The notes below the pieces were generated by a model. The model was not told the origin of the DNA and searched no databases. It was given only the letters and a program-made list of their open reading frames with translations. The translations under genes were made by a program, and so were the position numbers. A stretch of DNA of 41,438 bases from Thermoplasmatota archaeon (lineage in GTDB: Archaea > Thermoplasmatota > E2 > DHVEG-1): the NCBI GenBank assembly GCA_046498165.1, contig JAWOBC010000148.1, positions 1-41,438 of the forward strand. The letters are read 5' to 3'. This document shows positions 34,970 through 41,438 of the stretch, in pieces. Each line of letters starts with the position of its first letter. Position 1 is the stretch's first letter.

Positions 34970-36220
34970 TTACACGCCTTCACCGGTGCATGGTCCATGT
35001 TCATATTTACAGGCAAGTTCTTCTTTGATCACTTCTGATAATCGTTTTATTCCTTTTTTGATGTCTTTATCATCTGAGTAGGAAAAATTTAGCCTCATTG
35101 AGTTGTATTGAGCGTTTTCTGGGAAAAAAGCATCACCAGAAACATAAGCTACCTTTTTCTCTAATGCTTTTTGAAACATTAAATGGGTGTTGATCTTTTT
35201 TGGTAACGTAATCCAGATAAACATCCCTCCCTTTGGAAGGGTCCAATGAACCTCTTCAGGGAAATGTTTTTCCAAGGCGTTAAGCATCACATCCCGTTTG
35301 TGTTTGTATAATTTTTTTATTTTTTCGATATGATCATCGATGTAACCACCTTCTAAATATTCACAAGCAATATATTGTGAAAACACATTAGTACAAAGAT
35401 CCATAGCTTGTTTGGCAAGGGTGAGTTTATGAATAATCTGTTGGGATGCAACAGTCCAGCCCAGACGGAAACCTGGTGCCATAATTTTAGAAAACGTACT
35501 CAGATAAACCACTCTTCCCTTTGTATCAAATGATTTGATGGATGGTAAAACTTCTTCAGAGAAATTAATGTCTCCATAGGGGTCGTCTTCGATGATGATA
35601 AAATCATATTCACTAGCTATTTCTAAAAGTTGCTTCCGATGATCCAGGGTCATTGTTTCACCGGATGGATTTTGAAAGTTTGGAACGGTGTATAAAAATT
35701 TTGGGATAATACCTGTGTGATGTAAGCGTTTTAGATTTCTTCGCAATGATGCAATATCAATTCCTTCATTATCCATGGGGATTGATTCACAGTTTGCTTC
35801 AAAAGCATGAAATGCCTGCACTGCTCCAAGATATGCTGGGACTACAGTGAGATAGGTATCACCAGGGTCAATCAGAATAAAAGCGAGAAGAGATAGTGCT
35901 TGTTGGGCGCCATTGGTGATTAAAATATCATGCATTTCACAGTTCATCTTTTTTTTATTTCGCATTCGTTCAGCAAGTGCTGCTCGTAATGGGGGAAGAC
36001 CTTCAGTTGTACCATATTGTAATGCATTGGTAATGTTTTTTTCAAAAACGTTTTCTACACATTGATGAATGCTTTCTACAGGAAAGGCTTTTGCATTTGG
36101 AAGTCCACCTGCTAGACTGATGAGATCTGGACTTTGTGTCAGTTTTAATAGTTCCCGTATCTGTGAAGTTTTTAATTTTTTTGCTTTTTCTGAAAATAAA
36201 CGTTCGATATTGACTACCAT
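34970..36220 (-). CDS. PLP-dependent aminotransferase (paralog of 17049..18275)
   Basis: It has SQIRELLKL...ISLAGGLPNAKAFP and STFSKIMAPGFRLGW. Confidence 0.9.
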   Translation of the reverse strand: MVVNIERLFSEKAKKLKTSQIRELLKLTQSPDLISLAGGLPNAKAFPVESIHQCVENVFEKNITNALQYGTTEGLPPLRAALAERMRNKKKMNCEMHDILITNGAQQALSLLAFILIDPGDTYLTVVPAYLGAVQAFHAFEANCESIPMDNEGIDIASLRRNLKRLHHTGIIPKFLYTVPNFQNPSGETMTLDHRKQLLEIASEYDFIIIEDDPYGDINFSEEVLPSIKSFDTKGRVVYLSTFSKIMAPGFRLGWTVASQQIIHKLTLAKQAMDLCTNVFSQYIACEYLEGGYIDDHIEKIKKLYKHKRDVMLNALEKHFPEEVHWTLPKGGMFIWITLPKKINTHLMFQKALEKKVAYVSGDAFFPENAQYNSMRLNFSYSDDKDIKKGIKRLSEVIKEELACKYEHGPCTGEGV

Positions 36221-36304
36221 TTGATATCAATATACCTGATATTTTTTTGATTTAAAAATGATGGGGGTGAATTTACAGTATTTTTTCTAAAATCTTTCTA
36301 CTGA

Positions 36305-37987
<1,683 letters not shown>

Positions 37988-37991
<4 letters not shown>

Positions 37992-38560
37992 AAAAAATTT
38001 TTTTTATTACGAGTAATAAAGGAAAAGTGCATGAGGCAATCAAAAAATTACATCCACTAGGATATGATATTATTCAAAAAAACATTGGTTACCCTGAAAT
38101 TCAAACAGATTCTCTTGAGGAAGTGGCAAGATTTGGCGTCCATCATGTACAAGACTTGGTCGATCATCCATTTATTTTAGAGGATGCAGGCTTATTTATT
38201 GATGCCTTACATGGTTTTCCCGGTGTCTATTCATCATATGTATATCATACCATTGGCTTGGATGGAATTCTGTCTTTGTTGAGTGAGAGAAAGCATACTC
38301 ATTGCTCTGCTGTTTTTCGGAGTGTGTTTGCCTATGCGGATCCAAATGGTGATCCATGGCTATTTGTGGGTGAATGCCAAGGATTTATTTCAAATAAAAA
38401 AAAAGGTGAGAAAGGGTTTGGCTATGATCCTATTTTTATTCCATCATCCTCGGAAAGAACCTTTGCTGAGATGGATACAGAAGAAAAAAATGGTTTCTCC
38501 CATCGAGGCAAGTCTCTAGAAAAACTTGTTGATTTTCTAAAAAAGAGGTCATTTAACTAA
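37988..38560 (+). CDS. rdgB: Non-canonical purine NTP pyrophosphatase (XTP/dITP diphosphatase, HAM1/RdgB family)
   Basis: It has ITSNKGKVHE, EDAGLFIDALHGFPGVYS, GFGYDPIF and SHRGKS. It overlaps bud32 by ATGA. Confidence 0.9.
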
Positions 38561-38636
38561 TAGGTTTTTCTTCTCTACAGCATTGTTAAGCATGTTCAAA
38601 TCTTGTTTCTATTTTACTTTCCCCCTTTTTCAATAA

Positions 38637-38709
38637 TGGGCCAAGCCGGAATTGAACCGGCGACCTCCGCGTTGTAAGCGCGACGTCATAACCCCTAGAC
38701 CATTGGCCC
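38637..38709 (-). tRNA. tRNA-Val (anticodon UAC), no intron, CCA not encoded
   Basis: The reverse complement is GGGCCAATGGTCTAGGGGTTATGACGTCGCGCTTACAACGCGGAGGTCGCCGGTTCAATTCCGGCTTGGCCCA. It folds as a cloverleaf with acceptor GGGCCAA/TTGGCCC, anticodon stem TCGCG/CGCGG with loop CTTACAA, and T arm GCCGG-TTCAATT-CCGGC. Confidence 0.92.
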
Positions 38710-38741
38710 AAGTTGAAGTAATAGCTAGGACATCGTGTAGT

Positions 38742-38751
38742 CTTTTATATG
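38742..38751 (-). promoter_or_regulatory. Candidate TATA box for tRNA-Val
   Basis: The minus strand reads CATATAAAAG about 35 nt upstream of the mature 5' end. Confidence 0.3.
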
Positions 38752-39030
38752 TTTTAAGGTTGTATGTTCATGTTGATGTATGGTTCAGTAGAGAATGTGT
38801 TTGGTTTTTTTTTGATTGGTTGATGATGACAGTTCAATCTAGATGATTAAACATGGTAAAAGGGAGGTGGAGGGCCTAGTGGAATAAAATTTTCGTATTC
38901 AAAGGAGGCAAAATACAAAATAACCATCTCTCACCTAGACCTTCCATCAATCTAAAATTAGTAGATTATATTTAAATATTTTCCCCAAAGTGTTTTTTTG
39001 GTCCAAAAAAATGTATTTTTATCTAATAAA

Positions 39031-40473
39031 TTATTTAGATATCTGAATTATAGGGAATTTAACGTGAACGATTGTTCCTTGATTAATCCCAGGGCTTTCT
39101 ATCCAGATTTCGCCATTTTGTTTTTCAATGATGTATTTACAAATTGAAAGCCCTAATCCATTTCCATCAAGATTTTGACGTGATTCATCGGCCTTGTAGA
39201 ATTCATCGAATGCATGGTGTATTTGATCCTGACTCATCCCTAAACCAGAATCTTGAACGGAGAATAAAACAAACTCATTGTTTTTCGTTATTGTAATATT
39301 AATCATTCCCTTTTTAGGAGTGAACTGGATTGCATTTTCTAAAATATGGGAGAGCACGATTTTGATAAGATCTGGATCTGCTTCAATCAAGATGTTATCG
39401 GTATATTGTTTTTTTATCTGCAATTGTTTTCGTTGTATCTCTGAAAAATGGTTGCAAATAATTAGATTTATCTCCTCGGAGATATTGATTGGGTTTTTAG
39501 AAAAACGAGTTTTTGATGACTTCAGATAAGCGATTTGTTTTACTTTTTCCACAAGTTTCTGAATATGTGATACATTTTTTTCGATTACATGAATTATTTT
39601 ATCCTGGGAGTGTATATCTTTTGAATCTATCAAAATAGGTAATAAGTTAAGCAAGGGGTTCAGTGAATTTCTGAGGTCGTGACTTAAATTTACTATTAGA
39701 TTATTTCCATCCTTCTTATGGGGGATAGTGCAAGGTTCTCTGTTGACAGCATCTTGATTGTGGTTGACTTTTATGTTTGGAGTATGTTTTGTTCTGAGGC
39801 AAATATGCCTGGCGAGATATTCAACTTGAGAGGAAAGATCTATGTCTTTCCGTGGCATTGTTATCCCTATTGAAGCAGTATTTTTTTCATTATTTATAGG
39901 TGTAATATAACAGATTTGGTTTGATATATCCTCTGATTGTGAACGGTGAATAATTTCATTTTCAGGAAAAATATCTGATAGAAAAGAATCAAGTGTTTTG
40001 AATTGTTTTTGATATTGTTCAATGATCCTATCAATTGAAGGTGAAATATCAGTTTGTAATTTTTTTAAAAATTTCGTTAGACCAAATGATGCATTGAATG
40101 AATATTTGTTATTATTTCTTTGTTTGAAGATGATAAAAATATGAATATGCTGATTGTTCTTGAACTCATTACAAATCAAATGATAGATTTTTTCTTCTGA
40201 TATTTCTTGATGGATGTTTAACATTAATTTTTGAAGAAGATGCATGACTTCTTCTTTCTCAAGATAGAAATCAAAGGGATTTTTTTTCTCTATTAGGAGA
40301 TAATCGATTTTCCTGTGGAGGGTTTGTTCTTTTGAATCTGACAGTTCTTTAAATGGATGAAGTTGTTGATCTCTATGATATGATATTGTCTTTTGATTCT
40401 CTATTGAATAAGGCGTTGGAAGTTTGGATTTTTGTATCCTAAGAGTCTTTAGGATTTTTCTATTTTCTTCCAT
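39031..40473 (-). CDS. Cytoplasmic sensor histidine kinase (GAF-like N-terminal region, HisKA, HATPase_c)
   Basis: It has the H-box LSHDLRNSLNPL, the N-box HILENAIQFTP, G1 VQDSGLGM and G2 GNGLGLSICK. It has no TM helices and no adjacent response regulator. The gene is very A+T-rich. Confidence 0.88.
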   Translation of the reverse strand: MEENRKILKTLRIQKSKLPTPYSIENQKTISYHRDQQLHPFKELSDSKEQTLHRKIDYLLIEKKNPFDFYLEKEEVMHLLQKLMLNIHQEISEEKIYHLICNEFKNNQHIHIFIIFKQRNNNKYSFNASFGLTKFLKKLQTDISPSIDRIIEQYQKQFKTLDSFLSDIFPENEIIHRSQSEDISNQICYITPINNEKNTASIGITMPRKDIDLSSQVEYLARHICLRTKHTPNIKVNHNQDAVNREPCTIPHKKDGNNLIVNLSHDLRNSLNPLLNLLPILIDSKDIHSQDKIIHVIEKNVSHIQKLVEKVKQIAYLKSSKTRFSKNPINISEEINLIICNHFSEIQRKQLQIKKQYTDNILIEADPDLIKIVLSHILENAIQFTPKKGMINITITKNNEFVLFSVQDSGLGMSQDQIHHAFDEFYKADESRQNLDGNGLGLSICKYIIEKQNGEIWIESPGINQGTIVHVKFPIIQISK

Positions 40474-40605
40474 GTTTTTTCATTCACCTAAAAAGGTATA
40501 AAAATGATTTTTGTAACCGTTAGTTTCAATGGTTTCATCTGCTCCCATCCCTGTTCTTTTGCAATTGATGCTTATTCAGACCCGGTCTCTCATCCAATTA
40601 TTGTA

Positions 40606-40768
40606 GGTGGAGATGTGGTAGGGAAAGCCGTGAAATTGGTTTTGTATGTTATCTTGTTGTGAGGAGCCCCTCCTCACAAATGTTCCCAATTTTCCTTTCC
40701 TTTGTATCATGCTGGCACTCCAACAGCATAATACTGTAAATGTTCGACTTGGCTATCCCACATCCACC
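40606..40768 (+). ncRNA. Candidate structured RNA of unknown family (strand tentative)
   Basis: This is a GC-enriched island in a 485-nt ORF-free gap. The helices are nested. P1 pairs ggtgga..tgtgg.tag (40606-40621) with cta..ccaca.tccacc (40753-40768). P2 pairs gggaaag/ctttcct and gaaattgg/ccaattttc (40621-40639 with 40686-40701). One hairpin is gtgaggag-ccc-ctcctcac (40659-40677). A second hairpin is atgctg-gcactccaa-cagcat (40709-40729). Confidence 0.3.
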
Positions 40769-40957
40769 CTCTAGGGCCTATAGACAACAGGAAAAGAGGG
40801 AAAGGAAATATTAATAGATACCTTTAAAATGTTATAAATTACAGTGTAAAAAGAATTAAAATACAAGAATTTTTATCTGATTTTTTACTATAAATCATCT
40901 TCATCATTTGTTTTTTTGCCAATCTGACTGTTTTCCATCCTAGATTTAAATACTATT

Positions 40958-41218
40958 GTGATAAAATATAACACGATTCAAATGGATTGTGATGCTGTAA
41001 ACCCTAGAAAAACGATGTTTGATGAAAATGATAAAACTGTGTACCAACAAAATTCGTTTATCGGAATCATTGGCTATGTGTTTTTTGCATTTTTCTTAGG
41101 GTTGCTATTACTTTTTGTGCAGTTATATCTTCCGATTGGTTTTGAGCTCTTGATTATTATGCTGCTTTATATTGCTAGTAAAACATCGGTTTTTTTGATT
41201 CGGCAGAAAGAGATCTGA
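40958..41218 (+). CDS. Small membrane protein (86 aa from the GTG; the ATG at ~40982 is possible)
   Basis: The ORF has two clear hydrophobic helices (FIGIIGYVFFAFFLGLLLLFV, FELLIIMLLYIA). Confidence 0.45.
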   Translation: MIKYNTIQMDCDAVNPRKTMFDENDKTVYQQNSFIGIIGYVFFAFFLGLLLLFVQLYLPIGFELLIIMLLYIASKTSVFLIRQKEI

Positions 41219-41234
41219 AAGACTGATTTGAGTA

Positions 41235-41438
41235 TTAGACTGTTTCTCGATGGGTTAGGAGTGTTTTTGCTTTTTCCGTGAGATGAACCACACGGGATTT
41301 CCCATATTTTTTGGTGAAAACAAGGCCTTCATCCACCAGTTGTTTCACTCGTTTTGAAGCAGTATAATAGACGATATTGAATTGTGACATTATTTTTTTC
41401 AGAGAAACGAGTGCATTTTTCTTGTTTTCCTTTTCGAT
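41235..41438 (-). CDS. Winged-helix transcriptional regulator, C-terminal part (runs off the window end)
   Basis: The minus-strand frame is open to the window edge. It reads ...ALVSLKKIMSQFNIVYYTASKRVKQLVDEGLVFTKKYGKSRVVHLTEKAKTLLTHRETV*, an HTH-plus-wing pattern. Confidence 0.5.
   Translation of the reverse strand: MEKENKKNALVSLKKIMSQFNIVYYTASKRVKQLVDEGLVFTKKYGKSRVVHLTEKAKTLLTHRETV

Noticed and set aside
38637-38709. tRNA-Val as the integration site of either A+T-rich block.
   Set aside because: I found no second copy of the tRNA 3' half (ccggaattgaacc...) anywhere in the window. The 12-17 kb element is 22 kb away, and the kinase block lies on the 5' side of the tRNA.
38652-38846. 64-aa plus-strand ORF.
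   Set aside because: It is antisense to and overlaps tRNA-Val. It is R/C/V-rich because it reads through the GC-rich tRNA.
38815-38900. C/D-box sRNA suggested by TGATGATGA at ~38822.
   Set aside because: No D box (CTGA) and no terminal stem occur at an appropriate distance.
40540-40812. SRP (7S) RNA or TPP riboswitch identity for the structured segment.
   Set aside because: For SRP RNA there is no helix-8 signature (GNRA/GGAA tetraloop with an opposing AGCA loop) and no long helix 5. For the TPP riboswitch, UAGGGAA is present but the CUGAGA and ACCUGA elements are absent. The ftsY gene elsewhere in the window is not evidence either way.

Overview
This is an AT-rich archaeal chromosomal window. 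The archaeal hallmarks are prefoldin alpha, NAC, exosome Csl4, RNA polymerase subunit L, Kae1/Bud32, TruD, an RNase P RNA and tRNA-Val(UAC). Most of it is compact housekeeping operons on both strands: trpS, ftsY-pfdA, two PGM/PMM paralogs with a sugar-1-P nucleotidylyltransferase, nnr, an Lhr-like helicase, csl4-rpoL-truD, lemA-htpX, ileS and kae1-bud32-rdgB. Two regions are not explained by ordinary gene content. (1) About 12.2-16.9 kb is a roughly 4.7 kb, visibly more A+T-rich insertion. It starts with a tyrosine-recombinase gene whose box II looks non-canonical. It also holds about 600 nt of non-coding DNA with three degenerate ~45-nt direct repeats and perfect hairpins. A minus-strand operon encodes four ORFs with no recognisable family: a 508-aa protein with a Rep_trans-like motif order, an unlisted 46-aa zinc ribbon, an acidic 102-aa protein and a very basic 175-aa protein. 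I read this as an integrated plasmid- or virus-like element of an unrecognised type, and it is not at a tRNA gene. (2) A GC-enriched ~165-nt segment (40606-40768) lies in an unusually long intergenic region and can fold into a nested multi-helix structure. It matches no RNA family I can recognise. Smaller oddities are an ~84-aa insertion in TrpRS, a pyroglutamyl peptidase with a signal/anchor sequence, a GTG-started Bud32 overlapping the Kae1 stop in another frame, unlisted small zinc-ribbon ORFs, and a PdeM-like phosphoesterase near Lhr without a ligase. All family assignments rest on motifs read by eye; no searches were run.
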